Positions 17,633 to 26,881 of a DNA stretch of 64,000 nucleotides are shown here, one piece after another; the first letter of the stretch is position 1, and each line of letters begins with the position of its first letter. The stretch spans positions 489 to 64,488 of the forward strand of contig JBBQYL010000001.1 of assembly GCA_038208735.1 (NCBI GenBank), read 5' to 3'. The notes below the pieces were generated by a model. That model saw nothing but the letters and a program-made list of their open reading frames with translations, ran no database searches and was not told the DNA's origin. This DNA comes from Burkholderiales bacterium. GTDB taxonomy: Bacteria > Pseudomonadota > Gammaproteobacteria > Burkholderiales > Burkholderiaceae_C. The translations under genes and the position numbers were made by a program.

Positions 17633-18760
17633 TCAGTCCTTTCCACTCGCCCCCGCCCTCAACCGCTCCCGCGTCCGCGCCGGTGTATTCCCGAACCAGT
17701 CCCGACACGCCCGGTTGAACGAGCTCTGCTCCCGATACCCCAGCATGAAGGCCACGTCGGTGAGGTTCAGCCGCGAGTCGCGCAGCAGCTCCTCGGCCAG
17801 CGCCTGGCGCGCGGCCTCGTGCACCGCCTGGAAGTTGGTGCCCGCCTCGGCCAGCTTGCGCTGCAGCGTGCGTGTGCTCACGGCGAGCGCGGCTGCCACG
17901 TCGTCCACGCGGGCGCGGTCGTTGGCCAGCTGGGCCGCCACCTCGCGGCGCACGTCGGTGACGATGCGCGGCTCGGCGGTCTCGCGCAGGCGCGAGGCCA
18001 GCAGCGCGTCGGCGTGGCGTTGCAGCACCTTCAGCATGCTGCCGTCGGCATTGGGCACCGGGCGGTCCAGCAGCGCGGCGTCGAACCGGCCGTAGGCGGC
18101 GGGCACGCCGTAGATCACGTTCGGGCCGAACACCTGCGCATGCGCCGCGCGGATGGCCGCGTCCGGTTCGGGGTAGGGCAATCCGATCTCGTGCACCGGC
18201 AGCCGCTCGTGGGCCAGCCAGCTCACGAACGTCAGGATGCCGGCCAGCACGCTGTCGCCCAGGTGGCGCGCCTGTGCCGGCGTGCAGGCGTCGAGCCAGG
18301 GCGTGTCCCAGTAGTAGGTGGCGACGCCGTGGCGCTCGTCCAGGCGCGAGCGGCCCAGGTCGTGGGCCAGGCCCTCGTAGCGGCGTGTCTGCTCGAAGGC
18401 GCCGCGCAGCGTGGTGCAGGCACACACCACCAGGCCGTAGAACGGGTAGGTGGACAGCCGGGCGTGCAGTCCAACGTGGAGTCCGAACACGAGGTCGGTG
18501 GCGAGGCGGTGGCCGGCCCCCAGCAGCGCGAGGTACTCGGCCACGCTCAGGCTGTCGCGCGCGGGGTCGAGCGTGTCGGCGGGCCAGCCCAGCTCGGCGC
18601 ACAGCGCGTCGGGCGCCACGCCCTGCGCCTGCGCGGTGGCCACGGCGGTCTGTGCGTAGGCCATCGCCACGCGAGCGTCGGCCGCCGGCGGGATGGGGCA
18701 GGGCGCGTCCGGCGATGCGGCGGCCGCGAGGGTGGGAGAGGGCGCCGGCGGGACTGGCAT
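17633..18760 (-). CDS. AraC-family transcriptional regulator
   Basis: C-terminal double HTH (VSTRTLQRKLAEAG...VAFMLGYREQSSFNRACRDWFGNTP). Divergent from the AGPS-like operon. Confidence 0.92.
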   Translation of the reverse strand: MPVPPAPSPTLAAAASPDAPCPIPPAADARVAMAYAQTAVATAQAQGVAPDALCAELGWPADTLDPARDSLSVAEYLALLGAGHRLATDLVFGLHVGLHARLSTYPFYGLVVCACTTLRGAFEQTRRYEGLAHDLGRSRLDERHGVATYYWDTPWLDACTPAQARHLGDSVLAGILTFVSWLAHERLPVHEIGLPYPEPDAAIRAAHAQVFGPNVIYGVPAAYGRFDAALLDRPVPNADGSMLKVLQRHADALLASRLRETAEPRIVTDVRREVAAQLANDRARVDDVAAALAVSTRTLQRKLAEAGTNFQAVHEAARQALAEELLRDSRLNLTDVAFMLGYREQSSFNRACRDWFGNTPARTRERLRAGASGKD

Positions 18761-18896
18761 GTTGTGGCAACTCGCCTGTCGGCGAAAGACAAGCCGCCGC
18801 GGCACGCGGGGCGCACCATCGCGGCGTCGCGTCGCGGGCGTCCGAGAACTGATCGCCCGCCGACGCCTGTCGACCTGAAAAACGAGTATAGCCACG

Positions 18897-20513
18897 ATGA
18901 CCGCTGAACGACGCTGGAACGGCTGGGGCGACGCCCGGGTGCAGGAAGCGCTCAAGCCCGAGGCGCTGGCCTTCCTGGCGCAGGCCATCGGCGCCGGAGC
19001 GCCCCGCCCCGACGCCGCGTTCGCGGCCGTGCTGGCCCAGGTGGAGGCGCAACCCTCGCGCCTGCCGCCGCATCCGCTGGTGGACGCCGGCGCCGAGACG
19101 CGCCTGCGCGCCAGCTTCGGCCAGTCCATGCACGACTGGCTGCGCCTGCGCTTCGGCGTGCACGGCCGCGTCACCGACGGCGTGGCGTTTCCCGCCAGCG
19201 CGGCCGAGGTGCGCACGCTGCTCACGTGGGCCCGCGAACACGGCGTGCAGGTGCTGCCTTCCGGCGGGGCCACCAGCGTCGCCGGCCACCTCACGCCGGT
19301 GGGCGCGGCGCCGGTGCTCACGCTCAGCATGGGTCGCATGATGCGGCTGCTGGATCTCGACACGGCGTCGCAGCTCGCCCGCTTCGAAGCCGGCGTGGCC
19401 GGGCCCGACCTCGAGGCTCAGCTGCGCGCCCACGGTTTCACGCTGGGACACTTTCCGCAGAGCTTCGAGCTGTCGACGCTGGGCGGCTGGATCGTCACGC
19501 GGTCGTCGGGCCAGCAGTCGGCGCGCTATGGCCGCATCGAGCAGCTGTTCGCCGGCGGCACGCTGCAGACGCCCGAGGGCGAATGGACGCTGCCCACCTT
19601 CCCGGCGTCGGCCGCCGGGCCCGACCTGCGCGAATGGGTGCTGGGCTCCGAAGGCCGGCTGGGCGTGTTGACCGAGGCCAGCGTGCGCGTCACGCGCGCG
19701 CCGGTCGCGGAGCGCTTCGTGGGGATCTTCTTCCCCGACTGGGCCAGCGGCCTGGCGGCGGTGCGTCGCATGGCCCAGGCCAGGCTGGGGCTGTCGATGC
19801 TGCGCCTGGCCAATCCTGCCGAGACCTTCACCACGCTCAGCATGGCCGGCCACGCCGGCACCATGGCGTGGCTGGAACGCTACCTGTCCCTGCGCGGCGC
19901 GGGCGAGGGCAAGTGCCTTCTGTTTGCCGGGTTCACCGGCGACAGCGCCTCGGCCGTGCGCGCGTTGCAGCGCGCCGCGGCGGCGATCTGGCGCGAGCAC
20001 GGCGGCGTGAGCACCGGCACGCTGCTGGGCCGCAAGTGGGCCGAGCGCCGCTTCGCCGGCGTCTACCTGCGCAACGCGCTGTGGGACGCCGGCTACGCGG
20101 TCGACACGATGGAGACGGCGTGCGACTGGCCGCGCGTCGATGCGATGGTGCGGGCGCTCGAGGCCGCCGGCCGAAGCGCGCTCGCGCAACACGGCGAGCG
20201 CACGCACTGCTACACGCACCTGTCGCACGTGTACGCGCAGGGTTCCAGCGTGTACAGCACCTTCGTCTACCGCATCGGCGCCGGCTACGACGAGGCGCTG
20301 GCGCGCTGGCGCTCGCTCAAGACCGCCGTCGGCGACGCCATCGTCGCGCAGGGCGGCACCATCACCCACCAGCACGGCGTGGGCAAGGACCACGCGCGTT
20401 GGCTGGTGGCCGAGAAGGGCGCGACGGGCATGTCGGCCATCGCCGCGATGGTGCGCGAGTTCGACCCGCATGGCGTGATGGCACGCGGCAACCTGCTGGG
20501 GGACGAGCAATGA
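18897..20513 (+). CDS. FAD-binding oxidoreductase, alkyl-DHAP synthase (AGPS)-like
   Basis: MTAERRWNGWG, PSGGATSVAGHL, GHFPQSFELSTLGGWIVTRSSGQQSARYG, HLSHVY, TITHQHGVG. Confidence 0.9.
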   Translation: MTAERRWNGWGDARVQEALKPEALAFLAQAIGAGAPRPDAAFAAVLAQVEAQPSRLPPHPLVDAGAETRLRASFGQSMHDWLRLRFGVHGRVTDGVAFPASAAEVRTLLTWAREHGVQVLPSGGATSVAGHLTPVGAAPVLTLSMGRMMRLLDLDTASQLARFEAGVAGPDLEAQLRAHGFTLGHFPQSFELSTLGGWIVTRSSGQQSARYGRIEQLFAGGTLQTPEGEWTLPTFPASAAGPDLREWVLGSEGRLGVLTEASVRVTRAPVAERFVGIFFPDWASGLAAVRRMAQARLGLSMLRLANPAETFTTLSMAGHAGTMAWLERYLSLRGAGEGKCLLFAGFTGDSASAVRALQRAAAAIWREHGGVSTGTLLGRKWAERRFAGVYLRNALWDAGYAVDTMETACDWPRVDAMVRALEAAGRSALAQHGERTHCYTHLSHVYAQGSSVYSTFVYRIGAGYDEALARWRSLKTAVGDAIVAQGGTITHQHGVGKDHARWLVAEKGATGMSAIAAMVREFDPHGVMARGNLLGDEQ

Positions 20514-20599
20514 GCGGCGGACGCGACTCACGTTCGGTGACGGTGACGGTGACGGTGCCCGTGTCCGTGTCCGTGTCCGTGCCCGTGCCACGCCGATGA
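20510..20599 (+). other. 29-codon mini-ORF coupled by ATGA overlaps to both neighbours (or a frameshifted glpD N-terminus)
   Basis: MSGGRDSRSVTVTVTVPVSVSVSVPVPRR*. Its start overlaps the AGPS-like stop and its stop overlaps the glpD start. Confidence 0.3.
20537..20590 (+). repeat. Nine GTG-initiated hexamers
   Basis: (GTGACG)3 GTGCCC (GTGTCC)3 GTGCCC GTGCCA, read directly. Confidence 0.85.
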
Positions 20600-22272
20600 C
20601 CCCCGACGTCGACCTGCTCGTGATCGGCGGCGGCATCGCCGGCGCCGGCGTGGCGCTGGAGGCGGCGCGGCGCGGCGTCTCCGTGATGCTGGTGGAGGCG
20701 CGCGACTTCGCGTGGGGCAGCTCGTCGCGCTCGTCCAAGCTCGTGCACGGCGGCCTGCGCTACCTGCGCGAGGGCGCGTTCGGCCTCACGCGCGAGTCGG
20801 TGCGCGAGCGCGGCCGCCTGCTGCACGACGCGCCCGGCCTGGTCGAGCCGCAACGCTTTCTGATCGGCCATTACCAGGGACGTTCGCCCAGCCGCCGCGA
20901 GATGGCCGTGGGCCTGGCCATCTACGACGCGATGGCGGGCGAGCGCACGCGTGCGTACCACCCGCCCGCGCAGGTGCGCGAGCTCGCGCCGCACGTGGCC
21001 ACCGACGGGCTGCTGGGCGCAGCGGCCTACCTCGACGCGAAGACCGACGACGCGCGCCTGGTGATGCGCGTGCTGCAGGAGGCGCAGCAGCACGGCGCGC
21101 GCGTGGTCAACCGCGCCGCGGTGAAGTCGCTGCTGCGCGCCGGCGACGCCGACACGCCGCTGTCGCCGCTGTCGGTGCTGCCGCCGGGCGGCGGCCCTGG
21201 CGTGAAGCCGGGCACGGTGGTGGGCGCGCGCATCGAGGGCGCCGGATTCACCGGTCATGTGCGGGCGCGCTGCGTGATCAACGCCACGGGCTTCTGGGCC
21301 GACGGCCTGCGCCGCGGCCTGGGTGACGCCATGCTGCGTCCGCTGCGCGGCAGCCACCTGGTGTTTCCGCTGTGGAAGCTGCCGGTGGGCCAGTCGGTGA
21401 GCCTGATGCACCCGCGCGACGGCCGGCCGGTGTTCGCCACGCCGTGGGAGGGCATGGCGCTGGTGGGCACCACCGACCTCGACCACCACGACGACCCCGA
21501 CGTCGAGCCGAGCATCTCGCGCGAGGAGACGGCCTACCTCGTCGAGGCGCTGCGCCACGCGTTCCCGCGCCTGGACCTGCGCGCGTCCGACGCGGTGTGC
21601 AGCTTCTCCGGCGTGCGCCCGGTGGTCGACGACCGCGGCGGCGGGCGCGACCCGTCGAAGGCGCCACGCGAACACGTGGTGCGCGACGAGCACGGCCTGA
21701 TCACCGTCACCGGCGGCAAGCTCACCACCTTCCGCGTGAACGCGCTCGACGCGCTGCGCCACGCCGCGCCGTACCTCTCCGGCCTCAGTGCCAGCACCAG
21801 CACCAGCACCAGCACCAGCACCAGCACCAGCACCAGCACCAGCGCCACGCTGAGCGCGTCCGACTTCGATTACCGCATGGCCGATCCCATCTTCGCCCCG
21901 CAGCCGGTGCCGACCGCCGCCTTCGCACTGCCGCACGGCCTGCGCCACCGCCTGCTGGGACGATACGGCGCACAGGCCGGCGAGCTGCTGCGCGAGTCGG
22001 CGCCCGCCGACCTGCAGGCCGTCGCCGGCACCACCACGCCCTGGGCCGAGCTGCACTGGGCGCTGCGCCACGAGCAGGTGCGCTTCCTCGACGACCTGCT
22101 GCTGCGCCGCACGCGCCTGGGCCTGCTGCTGCCGGACGGCGCCGCGGCGCTGCTGCCGCGGCTGGAGCCGGTGGCGCGCGAGGCGCTCGGCTGGTCCGCC
22201 GGAGAATGGCGCGATCAATGCGACCGCTACGTTCGAATCGTCGCCCAGTGCTACACGGTGCCCACCCCATGA
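20596..22272 (+). CDS. glpD: Glycerol-3-phosphate dehydrogenase/oxidase family flavoprotein
   Basis: LLVIGGGIAGAG, DFAWGSSSRSSKLVHGGLRYL, TDDARLV, VINATG, RGSHLV, FSGVRP, TGGKLTTFR, LDDLLLRRTRLG. Confidence 0.9.
   Translation: MTPDVDLLVIGGGIAGAGVALEAARRGVSVMLVEARDFAWGSSSRSSKLVHGGLRYLREGAFGLTRESVRERGRLLHDAPGLVEPQRFLIGHYQGRSPSRREMAVGLAIYDAMAGERTRAYHPPAQVRELAPHVATDGLLGAAAYLDAKTDDARLVMRVLQEAQQHGARVVNRAAVKSLLRAGDADTPLSPLSVLPPGGGPGVKPGTVVGARIEGAGFTGHVRARCVINATGFWADGLRRGLGDAMLRPLRGSHLVFPLWKLPVGQSVSLMHPRDGRPVFATPWEGMALVGTTDLDHHDDPDVEPSISREETAYLVEALRHAFPRLDLRASDAVCSFSGVRPVVDDRGGGRDPSKAPREHVVRDEHGLITVTGGKLTTFRVNALDALRHAAPYLSGLSASTSTSTSTSTSTSTSTSATLSASDFDYRMADPIFAPQPVPTAAFALPHGLRHRLLGRYGAQAGELLRESAPADLQAVAGTTTPWAELHWALRHEQVRFLDDLLLRRTRLGLLLPDGAAALLPRLEPVAREALGWSAGEWRDQCDRYVRIVAQCYTVPTP
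21791..21843 (+). repeat. In-frame (CCAGCA)n microsatellite, about 8.8 units, encoding a (Ser-Thr)n tract
   Basis: Perfect hexamer repeat inside glpD. Confidence 0.95.
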
Positions 22273-23834
22273 CGACTGCCCGGCCCGACGACCTGTTGCT
22301 GTCCATCGATTGCGGCACCCAGAGCGCCCGCGCGCTGCTGTTCGATCCGCGCGGCGAACTGGTGGCCAGGTCGCAGGTGGCGCTCGAAGACTACGTCGTG
22401 GAGCAGCCCGGCTGGATGGCGCACGAGGTCGACGGTTTCTGGGCCGCGTGCGCCCGCGCCTGTCGGCAGCTGTGGCTGGATCGGCCCGAGCTGGCCGCGG
22501 CCGTGCGCGGCGTGACGGTGACCACGCAGCGGGGCACCATCATGCCCATCGACGCGCAGGGTCGCGCCGCGTTGCCGGCGCTCATCTGGCTCGACCAGCG
22601 CAAGGCCACGCAGGTGCCCCGGATCAGCGCCGCATGGCGCGCCGCGTTCCGCCTGGCCGGCGTGGGCGACACGGTGCGCTACTTCCAGCGCGAGGCCGAG
22701 GTGAATTGGTGGGCGCAGAACGAGCCCGCGGCCTGGGCCCGCACACACAAGGTGCTGTTGCTGTCGGGCTTGTTGAACTGGAAGCTCACCGGCGAGTTCG
22801 TCGATTCCATCGGCTCGCAGGTGGGCTACGTGCCGTTCGACTTCAAGGCGCACGCGTGGGCGAAGCCGTCCGACTGGAAGTGGCAGGCGCTGGCGGTGCG
22901 CCGCGAGCAGTTGCCCGAGCTGCGGCCGGTGGGCTCGATGCTGGGCCGCGTCAGCGCGGCGGCCAGTACGGCCACGGGTATCCCGGCGGGCACGCCGGTG
23001 ATCGCGGCCGCAGCGGACAAGGCCTGCGAGGTGCTGGGCTCGGGCTGCCTCGAGCCGAACGTGGGCGGTGTGTCGTACGGCACCACCGCCACCATCAACG
23101 TGTGCACCGCGAAGTACGCCGAGGCGCTGTCGTTCGTGCCGCCGTATCCGGCCGCGCTGCCCGGACACTACGACAGCGAGGTGCAGATCTTCCGCGGCTA
23201 CTGGATGGTGCGCTGGTTCAAGGAGCAGTTCGGCGACCGCGAACGCAACGAGGCGCAGGCGCGCGGCGTGGCGCCGGAGTCGCTGCTCGACGAGCTGGTG
23301 GGCGCGGTGCCACCGGGATCGCTGGGCCTGGTGCTGCAGCCGTACTGGACGCCCGGCATCCGCCATCCCGGCCCCGACGCCAAGGGCGCCATCATCGGCT
23401 TCGGCGACGCCCACACGCGGGCGCACGTGTACCGCGCCATCCTCGAGGGCCTGGGCTACGCGCTGCGCGACGGCCGCGAGCGCATCGAGAAGAAGACGGG
23501 CGTGGCGCTGACCGAGCTGCGCGTGTCGGGCGGCGGGTCGCAGTCCGACGCGGCGTTGCAGATCACCGCCGACATCTTCCGCCTGCCGGCCAGTCGGCCT
23601 CACGTGCACGAGACCAGCGGGCTGGGCGCGGCGATCGACTGTGCGGTGGGGCTGGGGCTGCATCCGGACTTTCCCGCCGCCGTGCGCGCCATGACGCGCG
23701 TGTCGCGCACCTTCGAGCCCGACGTTCGCAACGCGGCGCTCTACGACGAGCTGTATGGGCAGGTGTACCAGAAGATGTACGCGCGGCTGGCGCCGTTGTA
23801 TGCGCGCATCCGGGCCATCACCGGGTATCCGTAG
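22269..23834 (+). CDS. FGGY-family carbohydrate (glycerol-type) kinase
   Basis: LSIDCGTQSARA, TTQRGT, LIWLDQR, AAADKACEVLGSG, SYGTTA, RAILEGLGY, RVSGGGSQSD. ATGA overlap with glpD. Confidence 0.92.
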   Translation: MTTARPDDLLLSIDCGTQSARALLFDPRGELVARSQVALEDYVVEQPGWMAHEVDGFWAACARACRQLWLDRPELAAAVRGVTVTTQRGTIMPIDAQGRAALPALIWLDQRKATQVPRISAAWRAAFRLAGVGDTVRYFQREAEVNWWAQNEPAAWARTHKVLLLSGLLNWKLTGEFVDSIGSQVGYVPFDFKAHAWAKPSDWKWQALAVRREQLPELRPVGSMLGRVSAAASTATGIPAGTPVIAAAADKACEVLGSGCLEPNVGGVSYGTTATINVCTAKYAEALSFVPPYPAALPGHYDSEVQIFRGYWMVRWFKEQFGDRERNEAQARGVAPESLLDELVGAVPPGSLGLVLQPYWTPGIRHPGPDAKGAIIGFGDAHTRAHVYRAILEGLGYALRDGRERIEKKTGVALTELRVSGGGSQSDAALQITADIFRLPASRPHVHETSGLGAAIDCAVGLGLHPDFPAAVRAMTRVSRTFEPDVRNAALYDELYGQVYQKMYARLAPLYARIRAITGYP

Positions 23835-23837
23835 GGG

Positions 23838-25235
23838 TCAGAAAGCGATGCCCAGCCCCAGGTCCAGGCGCGTCAGGTCGGTGTTGGTGCTGAAGCGCTG
23901 GTAGTCGGCCTTGAGCACCACGTTCGGGTTCAGGTAGAAGTTGGCGCCGGCCGTCCACACGCGGTCGTGCGGCTGCGGCCAGGCCTTGCCGTCGGACGCC
24001 AGGCCGGTGGGCACCGGGGTGAAGCCGGGAGCGATGCCGGCGTAGCTGGCACCCATGTCGTAGTGCTCCCAGCGCACGAACGGGCTCAGCTTGTAGCTGC
24101 CGCTTTCCCACACCTTGTACGCGCCTTGCACGTAGTAGCCGAGGAACGACGACGGCAGAGGATTGGACGCGCCGGCGTTGTCGAGGTTGTACGTGGCGGT
24201 GTTGGAGAACGTGCCGTGCGCGTACACCGCCGAGATGTCGGCGTTGCCCGGCGTCCAGCGGCCGTGCACTTCCCACAGCGTGGCGCGGGTCTGCGGCAGG
24301 TTGGCCGGCACCACGGGCAAGGCCATCTTGCCGGTGGACACGAAGCCGCCCAGCAGCAGGCCGGGGATGCCGGTGTAGTTCAGCGCGGCGTATTCCTGCA
24401 GGTGCTGCACGTTGGCGTTCTGCAGCTCCTGGTGCGTGGCCTGCATCGGCGCCGAGCCGCTGTTGATCAGGTCCAGCGCGGTGCGGTATTGCGGATCCTC
24501 GATCATCGGGTTCCAGCCGGACAGGTTCAGGCCGGTGGTGACTCCGGCGTCCCAGGTGAGGCCGATGTCGCTCGTGCCATGCAGGCCCAGGCCGCCTTCG
24601 CGCCAGGTGCTGGGGATGATCAGCGTCTCGACGAAGTTGCGCTGCACGCCGTAGAAGGCGGTGGGTTCGTGGTGCTCGTTGATGAGGCCCACGGGCATCA
24701 GGTACAGGCCGATCCTGGCGTTGATCGAGTCGGTGAGCTGGCGGTCGATGTAGAACTGCTCCACCTCGAACTCGCCCGAGTCGCTCGCCGAGGCCACCGC
24801 GTGTTCCACCTCGAACTCGGAGTTGAAGCTGGTGCGCTCGTCGAACTTGTAGCCGATACCGAACACGGCGCGCGCCAGGTCGGCCGTGGCCAGGCTGTGG
24901 TCGTGCGCCGGGTTGGTGTAGTAGATCTCGCCGTAGCCCCACAGGCCGAGATTGGGCGAGATGCCGCTGGCCGCTGCAGGTGCAGGTGCGGGCGCCGCGG
25001 CGACGACGGGCGCGGGCACGGCGGCGGCCCTGGCCTGCGCGGCGGCGAGCGCGTCGTTCTGCGCCTTCACGCGCGCGAGCTCCTGCTTCATCGAATCCAG
25101 CTGCTGCTGCATCTGTCCGATCTGCTGCACGAGCTTGTCGGCGAGAGCTGGCGAGACGTCGGCGGCGCGGGCCGATCCGAGCAGGCACAGGGACAGGACG
25201 GCGACGGCGACAGGCGTATTTTTCATGCTGTTCAT
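23838..25235 (-). CDS. Outer-membrane porin (OprO/P-like beta-barrel) with N-terminal coiled coil
   Basis: Signal peptide, coiled coil, GYGEIYY, EFEVEHA, INEHHEPTAFYGVQR, C-terminal LGLGIAF. Start overlaps the upstream stop (TGATG). Confidence 0.8.
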   Translation of the reverse strand: MNSMKNTPVAVAVLSLCLLGSARAADVSPALADKLVQQIGQMQQQLDSMKQELARVKAQNDALAAAQARAAAVPAPVVAAAPAPAPAAASGISPNLGLWGYGEIYYTNPAHDHSLATADLARAVFGIGYKFDERTSFNSEFEVEHAVASASDSGEFEVEQFYIDRQLTDSINARIGLYLMPVGLINEHHEPTAFYGVQRNFVETLIIPSTWREGGLGLHGTSDIGLTWDAGVTTGLNLSGWNPMIEDPQYRTALDLINSGSAPMQATHQELQNANVQHLQEYAALNYTGIPGLLLGGFVSTGKMALPVVPANLPQTRATLWEVHGRWTPGNADISAVYAHGTFSNTATYNLDNAGASNPLPSSFLGYYVQGAYKVWESGSYKLSPFVRWEHYDMGASYAGIAPGFTPVPTGLASDGKAWPQPHDRVWTAGANFYLNPNVVLKADYQRFSTNTDLTRLDLGLGIAF

Positions 25236-26656
25236 CAATGGCTCTTGGAGTTTTTCGGGGCGGCCGCGACTTGCGCGGCGGCCTGGCATTGCGCGGGCAG
25301 CACCTGCGCCGTGGGATGGGCCGGATCGAAGCCGTCGGTCAACGTGCACAGGAAGGTGATCACGTCGTCGATCCCGGCGGCGTCGAGCGCCGGCGTGTCG
25401 CCGATCAGGCGGTTGTAGGGAATCTCGCTGGTGTTCACGTTGCCGAGATAGCCCGCGTCGCTGCCCACCACGCCGGCCTGGACCACGAACTGGCCGCCGT
25501 AGAACGCGGGCAGGTCGTCGAACTTGGTCACGCTGCCGTCGGAGGCGGTGGGGTACCACTCCTCGGGATTGGTGTCGCGCCGCACGTAGAAGCCGACGGC
25601 GTCCTTGAGCGTGGTGAAGCGGCCGTTGTGGAAGTACGGCGCGGTCACGGCGACGTTGCGCAGCGTGGGCACCTTGAACTGGCCGCAACTGGCGGCCAGG
25701 TAGACGGTCTGCTCGCGGAACGGGCCGCACACGCCCAGGTCGTAGTAGGTCTGCACGCCGTCGGTGCTGTTGACCGGCACGTCGCTGGCTGCGCCGGCAT
25801 CGTTGGCCGCGATCAACGGGTTGCGCGGCACGCCCAGGTTGTCGTAGCTGTAGTCGGTGAACATCGGCGGCGTGGCGCCATCGGCCGATGTGCCGGGATG
25901 GCACGCGCTGCAGTTGCCCTTGGTGGCGTTGTTGAACAGCGCCATGCCGTTCAGCTCCTGCGCCGTGAGCGTGGCCTGGCCGTGCTGGTAAGCGTCGAAC
26001 TTGCTGGAGAACGGATTGAACGTCGGCTCCTCCGTCTCGAACGCTGCCAGGGCGGAGCCCATGCGCGCCAGCGCGGTGTCGGGATCGTTCAGCACCGCGT
26101 TGCCGTACAGCGCCACGAAGTCGGCCAGCCAGGGGCGCGTCTTCAGCTTGGCGACGACCGCGGCGGCGTCGGCGTTGGCCATCTCGAACGACGTCGTGAA
26201 CGGCAACCGGGCCTGGTCGGCCAGCGTCTCGGCACGGCCGTCGCGGAAGAACCCCCCGTTGGGGCTGCCGTCCGAGGCGAAGTAGAAGTTGGGCGTCAGC
26301 GATGTGTACATCAACGACGGTGTGTTGCGGAAGCCGCCCTGGTCCATGCCGGAGCCGCCCAGCGGCACGGGCGAGCCGTGGTCGACGCCCTCGACCGACG
26401 CGTCCTCGGCAAAGGCCGAGGCGGACACGTGGCAGCTTGCGCAGGATTGGGTGCCGGAGGCCGACAGGGCGGTGTCCGCGAAGATCTTCTGGCCCAGCAG
26501 GGCCGCGGCCGACCGCGTGGTGGATCCGCCGCTCGAGGGCGGGGCGCTGTCGCCACCACTGCCGCCGCAGGCCGCCAGCAACAGGGGCAGGTTGGCCAGC
26601 GCGGCCAGCGTCCACGCCCGGGCGCCGGCGCCTGAACTGAAGCCAGGGAAGTTCAT
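25235..26656 (-). CDS. Di-heme bCcP/MauG-superfamily lipoprotein
   Basis: Lipobox LAAC, CASCH, RNTPSL, CSACH, FTDYSYDNLGVP, FKVPTLRNVAVTAPYFHNG...AVGFY. Confidence 0.9.
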   Translation of the reverse strand: MNFPGFSSGAGARAWTLAALANLPLLLAACGGSGGDSAPPSSGGSTTRSAAALLGQKIFADTALSASGTQSCASCHVSASAFAEDASVEGVDHGSPVPLGGSGMDQGGFRNTPSLMYTSLTPNFYFASDGSPNGGFFRDGRAETLADQARLPFTTSFEMANADAAAVVAKLKTRPWLADFVALYGNAVLNDPDTALARMGSALAAFETEEPTFNPFSSKFDAYQHGQATLTAQELNGMALFNNATKGNCSACHPGTSADGATPPMFTDYSYDNLGVPRNPLIAANDAGAASDVPVNSTDGVQTYYDLGVCGPFREQTVYLAASCGQFKVPTLRNVAVTAPYFHNGRFTTLKDAVGFYVRRDTNPEEWYPTASDGSVTKFDDLPAFYGGQFVVQAGVVGSDAGYLGNVNTSEIPYNRLIGDTPALDAAGIDDVITFLCTLTDGFDPAHPTAQVLPAQCQAAAQVAAAPKNSKSH

Positions 26657-26707
26657 CGTCTTTTCTTTGCTCGCCTGGCGAGACGCTAGTGATCTGGATT
26701 GATAGAG

Positions 26708-26730
26708 CAAGTGCGAGTGATTCGCACTTG
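26708..26730. promoter_or_regulatory. Perfect 9-5-9 inverted repeat resembling a Fur box
   Basis: caagtgcga-gtgat-tcgcacttg; the core TGCGAGT-G-ATTCGCA fits a 7-1-7 Fur-type site. It lies just downstream of a putative -10. Confidence 0.55.
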
Positions 26731-26738
26731 CGGTTCGG

Positions 26739-26767
26739 ACTCTAACGATGCGAGGGCTTGCCAACAA
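26739..26767 (-). promoter_or_regulatory. Putative sigma70 promoter of the di-heme/porin operon
   Basis: TTGTTG-N17-TAGAGT on the minus strand. Confidence 0.4.
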
Positions 26768-26881
26768 GGTGAAGCTGAAAATAATTCGGCTTCAGCACAG
26801 GTTTCGTTGCGGCCACGCGGCAATCCGGGCGTGCGTTGGCGTGCCTCGGCAACGCCATCCAGGGGCAGTCTGCTTTGGCGC

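Noticed and set aside
26749-26764. Sigma54-like TTGGCA...GCA on the minus strand
   Set aside because: GG-to-GC spacing is 9 nt rather than the required 10; a sigma70 reading fits better.
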